A DNA stretch of 64,000 nucleotides from a bacterium (lineage in GTDB: Bacteria; UBP14; UBA6098). Made by a program: the position numbers and the translations under genes. The notes beneath the pieces were generated by a model that had not been told where the DNA came from, made no database searches, and saw only the letters and a program-made list of their open reading frames with translations. The stretch is taken from the NCBI GenBank assembly GCA_023145965.1, contig JAGLDC010000035.1, positions 14,462 to 78,461 on the forward strand, written 5' to 3'. Of this stretch, positions 30,102-39,613 are shown in pieces (position 1 is the first letter of the stretch; each line of letters opens with the position of its first letter).

Positions 30102-31381
30102 AATTTAGAAGACCATTTATTATAATAGCTGGCGCACTTGCATTATCTTGTAGCGGTGAACCTAAATTATCTGTAGAAGAACCGATTTATACAGCTGGCC
30201 AACTTGCGCCTCGAGAGCGGAAGACCGTCTGGTTTAAACTATCTAACGAAGGCGACAAAGAGCTTGTCATAGAAAATATTCGTTCGCTTTGCGACTGCAT
30301 TGTTGTCGAGCAGGCACCCGAGACAATACAGCCACAGTCAAGCGACAGCCTGAAGGTGGTTTACACTGCGCCGGATAGCGCAGGCCCGGATGAAAGTTAC
30401 CTTATGCTCAGGACCAACTCAGACCCGAAAAACATGAAACTTGGCATCAAATCGACTGTTCTCGAAGTCAAGCTTACTCGCGAGGATAGCTCGATAGTCA
30501 TATTCCCGTTTCAGGTTAGTGGTCTTGCCGATGGGCAGAAGTTTTCGCTTGATATATTTCAATACCTTATCGAACATGTTCCGCCGGGTTACACCGCCAA
30601 AAACCCTAATGAAATGACCAATAAATTCCGTGACGATCCAGCTTTCGAAAAGGAACCGCTCAACGACGTCGCACGCAAATGGTCGAATCTATTGGGCATA
30701 CGCTTTGTTGTTCTCGGTGATGCAAGGCCTTCAGTAACCGGCGAGGGCCTAGACCTCAGCATTATGCTTGTCGATGGCACATTCCGTCTGCCTATTGGTA
30801 AACGAATTACCGGTATCGAGATGGAAAACGCCTTCAAAGCAACCTCGGATACTATCGCTTACATACTGTCAAATCTTGGTGAATTGGAAAAACAGGCGTT
30901 TATTGCAGACCTTCAGAGGAAATGGGCGGAGCAGCGTGCCGCAATGATTGGCAAACCAGCTCCACCGCTGGCCGCTGAAAATATTATTTCAGGAAAAACC
31001 ATAGGAATAGATAATTTTAAAGGAAGCCCGCTTATCATTCAGTTTTTCTCCTCAGATTGCGATCACTGCGAAGAGGAGATGGAATGGCTTAAAGGGCTTA
31101 TCCAGGAGCATTCAGATATCGCGGCACTTGGCGTCTCGGTGGATGTCGGCGAAATCGACTCCGTGAAGAATTTTATCAAGGGCAAAGAACTTAATTATCC
31201 AGTTATACTTCCGACCGAGGAAAACGAGAAACAACTCGACCCCTATTATGGTGGTGCTACGCCGCAAACGGTCATTATTTCGCCCGAGGGCATTGTTGTC
31301 GAGTATTTCATGGGCGCAAATTCCAGAACTTATGCCAAATTTGAGAAACTGCTTATAGGCATGCTTGCCGATAAGCAGTAA
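30098..31381 (+). CDS. Lipoprotein with an N-terminal DUF1573-like domain and a C-terminal TlpA/ResA-like thioredoxin-fold domain (CxxC)
   Basis: Lipobox ALSCS. DUF1573-like KLSNEGDKELVIENIRSLCDCIVVE. Thioredoxin-like GSPLIIQFFSSDCDHCEEEMEWLKGL. ATGA overlap with the upstream subtilase gene. Confidence 0.6.
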   Translation: MKFRRPFIIIAGALALSCSGEPKLSVEEPIYTAGQLAPRERKTVWFKLSNEGDKELVIENIRSLCDCIVVEQAPETIQPQSSDSLKVVYTAPDSAGPDESYLMLRTNSDPKNMKLGIKSTVLEVKLTREDSSIVIFPFQVSGLADGQKFSLDIFQYLIEHVPPGYTAKNPNEMTNKFRDDPAFEKEPLNDVARKWSNLLGIRFVVLGDARPSVTGEGLDLSIMLVDGTFRLPIGKRITGIEMENAFKATSDTIAYILSNLGELEKQAFIADLQRKWAEQRAAMIGKPAPPLAAENIISGKTIGIDNFKGSPLIIQFFSSDCDHCEEEMEWLKGLIQEHSDIAALGVSVDVGEIDSVKNFIKGKELNYPVILPTEENEKQLDPYYGGATPQTVIISPEGIVVEYFMGANSRTYAKFEKLLIGMLADKQ

Positions 31382-31505
31382 AATGATCTATATTAAACAC
31401 GGGTTTAAGCCAGCTTTTAGAATATATCATTTGAGCATCATAGAATGGAAAATCCCCGGTCTAATGGGATGATAAAATGTGCTAAAGTATTATCATTGGA
31501 GTTGA

Positions 31506-33818
31506 ATGGGTATTAGGAAAGCTGTTTTTTCTATTCTTGCATTAACGACTTTGCTTTTCGGGGCGGACAAATGCATTCTTTCGGGTTTCGTGCGTTCGGC
31601 GGCTTCGGGTGAGGCTATTGCAGGGGCGAATGTATATATTGAAGGGGAACCTTTTGGCGCGGCAGCAAATATATATGGTTATTATACTATAACCTCGGTG
31701 CCATCGGGTGGGCCACACAACCTTATAATTTCGGCGATTGGTTATGCACCTCAAAAAATCCAAATAATTTGTGAAGGCAAACCTTTACGTAATGATTTTG
31801 AGCTAATGTTGCAAGCTATTAAGGGTAAGGAGATTGTTGTCCAAGCACAGAGGGTTGGTGGGATGAAAGATCCTTATATTGGACATATGCTGATCAAAAG
31901 CGATCTTATTCGTCATGCACCGGTTCTTGCCGAACCTGATCTTTTCCGCACACTTCAGATGTTACCCGGTATAACTTCCATCTCGGATTTCTCAAGTGGG
32001 CTTTATATATGGGGTGGGACGCCGAGTGACAATCTAATACTTCTTGATAACATAGAGGTTTATAATCCGACTCACCTTATGGGCTTTTTCAGCACATTTA
32101 TTGTCGATGCTGTGCGCGAGGCCAACCTCGTCAAAGGTGGTTATCCTGCTAAATGGGGCGGGAGATTAGGTTCTGTTTTAGAGGTAACCAACAAGGATGG
32201 TAACCGAAAAGAATTCCACGGAAACGCGGAATTATCGCTTTTATCCGGCAAGGTATTCCTTGAAGGTCCTATAAAAAACGGAAGTTATGTTATCGCTGGG
32301 CGAAGGACTTGGATCGATGCTGCTACAGCCCTTCTCGAGCGCAACGACATTATGGATGAAAACTTGCCATATTATTTCTACGACCTTCAGGGAAGGTTCA
32401 ATCGTGATCTCGGCAATAGAGATAAACTCTCTTTTAGCTTTTATTGTGGCGATGATGTTTTTGCTATCGAGGATGATGAGGATGAAGCTCAATCTAGCGA
32501 TTCCATGATCTATAGCGAAAATGAAAATGACGATTTCGAGTATCGTTGGGGCAATTTGACATTGAGCACACAGTGGACACACATATTCAGTGAAAAGCTA
32601 TTCAGCCACATGGTTTTAGCAGGAAGCAAGTTTAGAACTAAACTCGATTCCGATGCCGATGATATGGAATTGAACGACCGAATTGGGGACCTAACACTTA
32701 AAGGCGATATGTCCTATGCTTATAATGAAGAGCATTTTTTAAACTTCGGTGGTATGGTTAAATGGCGCGAGGTGAAAAACTATTTTAATGTGCGCGAATT
32801 CGACGACGAGGGCATAGCTACCAGCACATTCGAGATGAACGATTACACTGGAGCTTCATTGCTCGCAGGCTATATTCAAGATGAATATAGCCCGAATATA
32901 CAATGGAAAGTTCAAGGTGGTTTTCGTTTAGAATATGCTACAAACGGTGGTTATTTTACAATTGGGCCAAGGCTTTCGGGGCAAAGGCTTTTAGATGATA
33001 AAACTACGCTAAGAGCAGCTTACGGCCATTATTACCAATATATTCACCTTATTAATCCGCTGGAGGAAATCGGCATAGCTACATTCGATAGTTGGGTGCC
33101 CTGCAATGATGATCTTAAACCAGCGGTTTCAGATCATTTCGTTTTGGGGATGGAAACAGATTATCTTCCGGTTCATATATCGATGAATGCATATTTCAAG
33201 CACATGAACAGACTCATAGAATCGCGCGACGAGGTTATTTTTAACAGCGATGGTGACATCGATGCTCGTTTCCATATCGGCACAGGATGGGCTTCGGGAT
33301 TTGATATTTCTATAGAGGGCAAAATAGGGCAATTCGCTGGTTGGGCGGGTTATGCCCTTGGATTTACCATGCGTAAGATGCCTGGAAAAAATGGCGGTGA
33401 GTTCTATCCGCCAAAATACGACCGACGCCACAGTTTCAAGTTGTATACTGCTTATAAACCATCGGATCGTGTCACACTGGCTGCGTCCTTTAATTATGGA
33501 ACTGGACAGCCTTCTACTGAACCTATCGATTTTGAAGAGGAGGTGTTGGGCGGTTACAAATATTATTGGCCGATTTGGGATGATAATGCTTACCATAATG
33601 GAAGATTACCGGATTATCATAGACTGGATTTGAGTTTAAACTGGGTAGCCTATACCGGCAACTGGAAGCTTATCCCGTATTTCCAGATATTAAATATCTA
33701 CAATAGGAGCAATGTTCTTTTTCGGGAGTGGGATGAGCCTATGTATGACAAGATTGAAGCAGACGATAGCTGTATGCTACCTTTCTTGCCAACCTTTGGT
33801 ATCAGGGCAGAATTTTAA
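31506..33818 (+). CDS. TonB-dependent receptor-like outer-membrane protein with an N-terminal carboxypeptidase-regulatory-like domain
   Basis: Signal peptide. CarbopepD_reg-like GFVRSAASGEAIAGANVYIEG...GYYTITSVPSG. Plug-domain-like segment (LIRHAPVLAEPDLFRTLQMLPGITS...LLDNIEVYNP). C-terminal beta-barrel signature ending in phenylalanine (…IRAEF). Confidence 0.6.
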   Translation: MGIRKAVFSILALTTLLFGADKCILSGFVRSAASGEAIAGANVYIEGEPFGAAANIYGYYTITSVPSGGPHNLIISAIGYAPQKIQIICEGKPLRNDFELMLQAIKGKEIVVQAQRVGGMKDPYIGHMLIKSDLIRHAPVLAEPDLFRTLQMLPGITSISDFSSGLYIWGGTPSDNLILLDNIEVYNPTHLMGFFSTFIVDAVREANLVKGGYPAKWGGRLGSVLEVTNKDGNRKEFHGNAELSLLSGKVFLEGPIKNGSYVIAGRRTWIDAATALLERNDIMDENLPYYFYDLQGRFNRDLGNRDKLSFSFYCGDDVFAIEDDEDEAQSSDSMIYSENENDDFEYRWGNLTLSTQWTHIFSEKLFSHMVLAGSKFRTKLDSDADDMELNDRIGDLTLKGDMSYAYNEEHFLNFGGMVKWREVKNYFNVREFDDEGIATSTFEMNDYTGASLLAGYIQDEYSPNIQWKVQGGFRLEYATNGGYFTIGPRLSGQRLLDDKTTLRAAYGHYYQYIHLINPLEEIGIATFDSWVPCNDDLKPAVSDHFVLGMETDYLPVHISMNAYFKHMNRLIESRDEVIFNSDGDIDARFHIGTGWASGFDISIEGKIGQFAGWAGYALGFTMRKMPGKNGGEFYPPKYDRRHSFKLYTAYKPSDRVTLAASFNYGTGQPSTEPIDFEEEVLGGYKYYWPIWDDNAYHNGRLPDYHRLDLSLNWVAYTGNWKLIPYFQILNIYNRSNVLFREWDEPMYDKIEADDSCMLPFLPTFGIRAEF

Positions 33819-34088
33819 CCTGCCTTCACATATTGACCTTGGCAAGACGATCTTTTCGCGTTATACACCAGCGCTGTCGTTGCTATTTTTTTTAGAGGAG
33901 ATCATTCTTTTAATATTTTAGGTTGTTATAAATTGCAATTTTTTATTAAATACTTATAGATTGGCGTTGACTTTTTTGTTAAAGGCCTTTAATTTATATT
34001 TGATTAGAGTTCTTCGATTGGGATAGTATCTATCTTGATTTTTGGAGAATTGTTTAGTTATGCTATTAAAACCATTTAAGGAGGAGAT

Positions 34089-37000
34089 ATGAGACGGAAT
34101 TTGTTTATTGGATTGTCTCTATTGTTGTGTATTATTGGGGTGTCGGTTGCCAATTCTCGGTCGCCGCTTTCGGCTGGGAATATGAATTTTGTTTGTCAAG
34201 GAAGAACATATGCTGGTCAAAACACTTTTGAGACCGGCGCTTATGCTTCCGAAGACTTTAATTTCTTCATCAGTTGTCATTTCGATACTGGTGGTGTCGA
34301 TGTTGGTTTTGTTATCGACTCTTCCGGTTCGATGTCTGGAACACTCACTGCGGTCAAAGCGACCATAGGCTCATTTGCTACGGGTTTAGACACTGCGGGT
34401 TATGATGCGCGTTATGGTGGATGTCCTTATGCTGACAGCACTCGTGGCATGTGGGATTTCAATGCGAGCACTCCACATCCTGATTATGAGATGACGAATA
34501 ACATATCCACTTTTCAGACTAGACTTGCGACCTGTGGTGCTTCTGGCGGTGGCGATACACCGGAAGAATACCTCGATGCTCTTGCTGCAGTGATGCGTCA
34601 CTACGACTGGCGGCTTCTTTCGATGAAGATTATCATAGGTTTCACCGATGCTGTTTTCTGCGAGCTTGGCAATTCTTGTTTTGACTGCCGCTCCAATGAG
34701 AACAAGGACGACATTCTCGATGAGCTTATCGATGGTGGTTTCATTTTATTTAACATCACAAAGATACCGCCATACTGGAGTTCTTGTGTTCCAGCCTCTC
34801 CGTATCACTCTGATTGGTATCAACTATCGGCTGACACAACAGGTGGACAATGGTATAATCTTACTACTACACCGTGGACTACTATTTTCTCTGATGTTAT
34901 CACCTTCATTCGCGACTATCAGAGTATCGGTGTTGCGGTTATCAACTCGGGAACAGACACTATTTATGATGTTACAGGCGAGCTTATTGCGAGCGACTGC
35001 TTCGAGGTTATCACCGCTCCGGCGGTCAACCCTGCTATCGCTCCTGGTGACACTGTGATTTTCAATTGGAGACTCGAGCCATTCGATCCTGTTACCTGTC
35101 CGATGGACAGTTCTGAAGAGTTCTGCTTCCTTACTGTTTTTCATGCTACCGATGGCGTCGCTCCAATATCTGACTTTGTTACCGGAGGATGTGTTTTCTT
35201 CGGAGCGGATTGCGGGTGCGATGGAACCAATGCAGAGAAGGAATTCCCTCCCAACCTAGCAATTACTTCCTGTCCTGACCAGCTCGTCCGCTATTCGATG
35301 TCCACGAAGTGCTATCTTGACACTACTTCGTTTATATTTAAAGTTAACTCCGGTTCTGGATGGATAATGATTCCCTGGAACGGCGATGGCATGACCATGC
35401 TTTCAGATACTGGTTTTGTGTGGGCACCAGCCGAGTCACTTTTGTTCTTCGAGCACGGCGACACCACCCTACACGAGCTTTATCAACTAAACGATGTTTC
35501 TGGCCTTGGGCTCCATAGCAGACCTTCCGGCAATTTCGTTGTCGATCTGTTGCCTCCGGTCTATGACACTCCTTATCCTGTCGATGGTGCTCTCATCGGC
35601 GGACCTCCAGCCTATGTTAGGATCAATGTCACCGATGATCTTTCCGGTGTGGATCCGGGCGAAGGCTGGTGGTTATCTGTCAATGATACAGAGGTTCCCA
35701 CAACTGACTCACACCTCACCTTCGATGGCATGATGATCAGCCTCGAGGTTGCGGGTTCGATTACATCGATGTTCCCTCCGGGTGATACCATCGAGATTTG
35801 CGTTGGTGCTCAGGATTCACCGGATCTTTGCGATCCGAATGTTAGCTCAATCTGTTGGAGCTTCATTATCGATTATCTAGACTTCGATTTACCAGAAATG
35901 ATCGTTGAACCGAACGATACATTCTTGGTGCCAATAATCGCTTACAATCCCAATAGATTTGTTCTCCACGATTTCTCGGTTTCCTTTGAGTATAATCCCG
36001 ATATACTTATTTTCACCGGCACAGATAGAACTGGCAGCGCCTTACCGACCTCCTGGATTACCAGCGTGGACACCGCCGCCGGTGTGGCAACAGTTTGGGG
36101 TAGCGGCACTGGAGCGCTAGCCGATGTTGACACACTTATATTCCTTTCTGCCATTGTTAAACCTGAGGCTCCAAGCGCTTCATTCACACCGCTTATTTAC
36201 ACAGAAGATGGCATTGTCCTCGACAGCGGATATATCGGTTACAGGATTATTGATAACGGTTGGGTGCTCGTTGGTTGGTCACCAGAAACTTGGGTTCATG
36301 ATCTAACCTTCGATTCTGATACAAGGCCATTGAATACTATTCTCACTTTTGGTATGCAAAACGCAGCTAGTGCAAGCTATGATCTTGGTATCGATATTCC
36401 TTTCTACCCACCACCTGCCAATAGAACAAATTCTTATTTCCCGATTTCGGACTCTGTTTATCCTCTGGTTACCAAACTCGAGCGAGACCTCAGAGCTCCT
36501 GCGCCACTTCCTGTAGAATGGAAGATAGCAACTGTTGGTGAAGCTGGCATCCTCACTTGGTCAACCGCCGGCCTCCCAGAAGGAGAACTCACGCTTAATG
36601 GCATGATCGAGATGCACCTTCACGATACCTATCATTATGCAGCCAACGAGACTATCACTATTGTCTATGACCGTCCCGAACCGATTATCAACGAGATCAG
36701 CATTGATGTTGGATGGAATCTTGTAGGCTTCCCGTGCATCCCCACTGTCGATGTTGTCCCGAATATTATCCCGGGCGGTTTGTATCATCTTTACGGATAT
36801 AACCCCTTTGACCTTGCCTATTTCTCAACCAATAGAGCCGAAGCCGGTCATGGTTATTGGGTTTATTCCATGGAAGAGGGCACATATAACATGGGCGGAA
36901 TTCCGGTTGCCAGCTATGAAGTTCCTTTGAACACCGGTTGGAACCTGGTTGGTTGCGCAAATGTCTCCAGTGCCACATACACAAGCACGCCAGCCATTTC

Positions 37001-37745
37001 CGGATTGCCCCAATTCTATAATACGACAACTGGTATGTATGAGACCTCCTCGTTTATCGAAGCAGGCATGGGCTACTGGATTCTTGTTACCTCACCGGGA
37101 ACCTTCCAAGTTCCGGGTGCCAGGTCCTTCAAAGCAAACAATCCCGATTGGAGTGCTAATTTCGAGTTTGATGAGAAAATATATACTATCGGCCAGGGCT
37201 CATCCGAGAATAGCCTCGGTATTCCACCGATAACACCCGATGGTGAAACCGTTATCCCTGGCGCATTGATGATGGATGGTTTCAAGATGTGGAGTCTTAT
37301 CTCACCCGATGCTGAGACTTGGACCTTCCACTCAGATGAATCGGGTTGGCTTCTCTGGAATGGCACAGATAATCCGCGTATTGCTGTTACAATACACGGC
37401 AAAAAAACCGTCCTCGAAAATGGTATGCAGTTATTCTTGAGTAAGGGTGATTTCGCAGTGTTCAACAAAGCAGGATCACTTCCAGAGGTTTACGGTGTTA
37501 TGGTCAAACCGAACCCCGCCAATGCGGCGTTTATGGTCACTGTGGATGTTCCTCAGCAGAGTGATGTAACTGTCGGTCTTTACGACATGCTCGGAAAACG
37601 CATCGACCGCATCGCTGACGAGAAACTCACCGCAGGAACACATAGCTTCAATTGGCATAGCAAATCCGAACCCAGTGGCGTGTATTTTGTTCGCGTCAAC
37701 TGGGATGGTGGCGAAGTTGTTCAGAAAGTCGTTTTACTCAAATAA
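34089..37745 (+). CDS. Large secreted von Willebrand factor type A (vWA) domain protein with a type-A T9SS sorting domain
   Basis: Strong RBS AAGGAGG. Signal peptide. MIDAS motif FVIDSSGSMSG. The C-terminal sorting domain (VKPNPANAAFMVTV...SGVYFVRVNW...VVLLK). Internal PDLCDPNVSSICWSFIIDYL motif is shared with the giant adhesin. Confidence 0.7.
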   Translation: MRRNLFIGLSLLLCIIGVSVANSRSPLSAGNMNFVCQGRTYAGQNTFETGAYASEDFNFFISCHFDTGGVDVGFVIDSSGSMSGTLTAVKATIGSFATGLDTAGYDARYGGCPYADSTRGMWDFNASTPHPDYEMTNNISTFQTRLATCGASGGGDTPEEYLDALAAVMRHYDWRLLSMKIIIGFTDAVFCELGNSCFDCRSNENKDDILDELIDGGFILFNITKIPPYWSSCVPASPYHSDWYQLSADTTGGQWYNLTTTPWTTIFSDVITFIRDYQSIGVAVINSGTDTIYDVTGELIASDCFEVITAPAVNPAIAPGDTVIFNWRLEPFDPVTCPMDSSEEFCFLTVFHATDGVAPISDFVTGGCVFFGADCGCDGTNAEKEFPPNLAITSCPDQLVRYSMSTKCYLDTTSFIFKVNSGSGWIMIPWNGDGMTMLSDTGFVWAPAESLLFFEHGDTTLHELYQLNDVSGLGLHSRPSGNFVVDLLPPVYDTPYPVDGALIGGPPAYVRINVTDDLSGVDPGEGWWLSVNDTEVPTTDSHLTFDGMMISLEVAGSITSMFPPGDTIEICVGAQDSPDLCDPNVSSICWSFIIDYLDFDLPEMIVEPNDTFLVPIIAYNPNRFVLHDFSVSFEYNPDILIFTGTDRTGSALPTSWITSVDTAAGVATVWGSGTGALADVDTLIFLSAIVKPEAPSASFTPLIYTEDGIVLDSGYIGYRIIDNGWVLVGWSPETWVHDLTFDSDTRPLNTILTFGMQNAASASYDLGIDIPFYPPPANRTNSYFPISDSVYPLVTKLERDLRAPAPLPVEWKIATVGEAGILTWSTAGLPEGELTLNGMIEMHLHDTYHYAANETITIVYDRPEPIINEISIDVGWNLVGFPCIPTVDVVPNIIPGGLYHLYGYNPFDLAYFSTNRAEAGHGYWVYSMEEGTYNMGGIPVASYEVPLNTGWNLVGCANVSSATYTSTPAISGLPQFYNTTTGMYETSSFIEAGMGYWILVTSPGTFQVPGARSFKANNPDWSANFEFDEKIYTIGQGSSENSLGIPPITPDGETVIPGALMMDGFKMWSLISPDAETWTFHSDESGWLLWNGTDNPRIAVTIHGKKTVLENGMQLFLSKGDFAVFNKAGSLPEVYGVMVKPNPANAAFMVTVDVPQQSDVTVGLYDMLGKRIDRIADEKLTAGTHSFNWHSKSEPSGVYFVRVNWDGGEVVQKVVLLK

Positions 37746-37760
37746 AACGAATTGCAGAAT

Positions 37761-37797
37761 AAAAAAAGCCCCGGCCAAATGGTTGGGGCTTTTTTTA
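37761..37797. terminator. Bidirectional rho-independent terminator (A7-GCCCCGGCC-AAAT-GGTTGGGGC-T7)
   Basis: A hairpin flanked by an A-run and a T-run, lying between convergent genes. Confidence 0.65.
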
Positions 37798-37813
37798 TAA
37801 TACGGGAAACGAA

Positions 37814-38038
37814 TTAAAGTCGATATTTACTTCTGGGTTTAGTTTTTTTCGGTTGTAATGCCTTCTTAATAAAAAAATATGCCACACATCCAATCACTCC
37901 AACAACCGCCCCTATACTCAAGCCCCACACAACCGAATCGGTGGCCATTCCAATGGAAAAGCCAAGGCCTATCCCTATTGCAAGTATCACTAAATAAACT
38001 GGATCGTGTCCCCATGCCTTTTTCTTCTTTTTTCCCAT
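37814..38038 (-). CDS. Small two-TM membrane protein (possibly YeaQ/YmgE 'transglycosylase-associated' type)
   Basis: 74 aa. Lys-rich N-terminus, two Gly-rich hydrophobic helices, basic C-terminus. Confidence 0.35.
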   Translation of the reverse strand: MGKKKKKAWGHDPVYLVILAIGIGLGFSIGMATDSVVWGLSIGAVVGVIGCVAYFFIKKALQPKKTKPRSKYRL

Positions 38039-38080
38039 AATCTCGCTTTGTTTATAATTATTTATCTATTGGGTTTTTTC

Positions 38081-39433
38081 TTATTTGGGCTCTTTATCAC
38101 TACCCATAACCTTTTCTATTTCCTTAAGCCTTTTATTAATTCGCTCTTCGAGGCCCTGATCCGATGGAATATAATATGTCGGTGGCACCATGCCCTCGGG
38201 GAAATGTTCGTTTTTTGCAAGATGATTTTCGTAATCATGAGCATATTTATACCCTTTTCCGTAGCCAATTTCTTTCATCAGGTTGGTCGTTGCGTTGCGA
38301 ATAACAAGCGGCACAGGGCCTGTCATGCCAGCGCGTATATCCTTTGTGGCGCGCTTTTGAGCTATATATACAGAATTCGATTTAGGCGCGATTGCAAGAT
38401 AAATAGCTAATTGAAAAAAGGCGATATCCCCCTCGGGCGAACCCAAAAAATTGTAAAACTCTTTTGCCGCGACAGCATGGCGCACAGCGTTGGGGTCAGC
38501 AAGACCGACATCCTCCACAGCCATACGCATCATTCTTCGTGCTATATATAGTCTATCCTCACCAGCTTCTAACATACGTGCGAGCCAATAAACGGCTGCA
38601 TCCGCGTCTGAATCCCGAATAGACTTATGGAGTGCGGAAATGAGATTGTAATGCTCCTCCCCGTTTTTATCATAAAGAAGCCTCCCGCGCTGAAGCACTT
38701 GTGCAACATGCTCTTCTGTAATATTCCGGTCTGGAGCAGTATTCGCAGCAACCTCGAGAGTCGAGAGAGCAAAGCGAGCATCACCGGCGGAAAGTTGCGC
38801 TATCTTTTCAAGAACATCGCTATCGGCAGAAATATCGTTAGCGCCTAAACCTCGCTCTTCATCCTCGATTGCCTTTTTTAAAAGGCTAACAATGCTTTCC
38901 GGCCTCAGCGGTTCAAGCATAAACACCGTGAGTCGTGATAAAAGTGGAGAGATTATTTCAAAGCTAGGGTTTTCCGTAGTCGCGCCGATAAAAATTATTG
39001 TCCCTCGCTCGACATAAGGTAAAAAAGCATCCTGTTGAGCTTTATTAAAGCGATGCACTTCATCGACAAACAGAATACTTCTCTTGCCTGTATTTGCGAG
39101 CCTCCTCTCGGCTACTTTAATAACCTCTTTAATCTCCTTTATGCCTGAAAGCACGGCTGAATAGCTCAAAAAACGCATTCCAGTCTCATTCGCGATCACA
39201 CGGGCGAGTGTAGTTTTACCACAGCCGGGAGGACCCCAAAAAACCATACTGGATATCTTCTTATTTTCGATAGCATATCTAAGAGGAGTTCCCAAGCCAA
39301 TAAGTTTCTCCTGACCTAAGACCTCATTGAGACTTCGCGGACGCATACGGTCGGCAAGCGTGAACGAATCGTTGAATTCGACAATATCTTTCCCAAATAA
39401 ATCCATGCATATATAGTAATGTATTGGAGGCAA
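38081..39433 (-). CDS. rarA: Replication-associated recombination protein A (AAA+ ATPase RarA/MgsA)
   Basis: Walker A GPPGCGKTTLARVIA. Walker B FVDEVHRFNKAQQD. Collinear over the full length with the RarA family. Confidence 0.85.
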   Translation of the reverse strand: MPPIHYYICMDLFGKDIVEFNDSFTLADRMRPRSLNEVLGQEKLIGLGTPLRYAIENKKISSMVFWGPPGCGKTTLARVIANETGMRFLSYSAVLSGIKEIKEVIKVAERRLANTGKRSILFVDEVHRFNKAQQDAFLPYVERGTIIFIGATTENPSFEIISPLLSRLTVFMLEPLRPESIVSLLKKAIEDEERGLGANDISADSDVLEKIAQLSAGDARFALSTLEVAANTAPDRNITEEHVAQVLQRGRLLYDKNGEEHYNLISALHKSIRDSDADAAVYWLARMLEAGEDRLYIARRMMRMAVEDVGLADPNAVRHAVAAKEFYNFLGSPEGDIAFFQLAIYLAIAPKSNSVYIAQKRATKDIRAGMTGPVPLVIRNATTNLMKEIGYGKGYKYAHDYENHLAKNEHFPEGMVPPTYYIPSDQGLEERINKRLKEIEKVMGSDKEPK

Positions 39434-39613
39434 AAATCAATAATAAAAGGTGTTTGATTTTATCTTCGACGCTTCGGGTTTGAAGGCTTCAAGAGAACTC
39501 CCGGCGCCTATTATTATTAATATAGGCTCCGAGCGGCTATCCACGGACAAAACATAAAAAGCACGAGCACAAACTCTTTTTTATGTAGCGGCTTTATATC
39601 GGCCCATCGAAGT

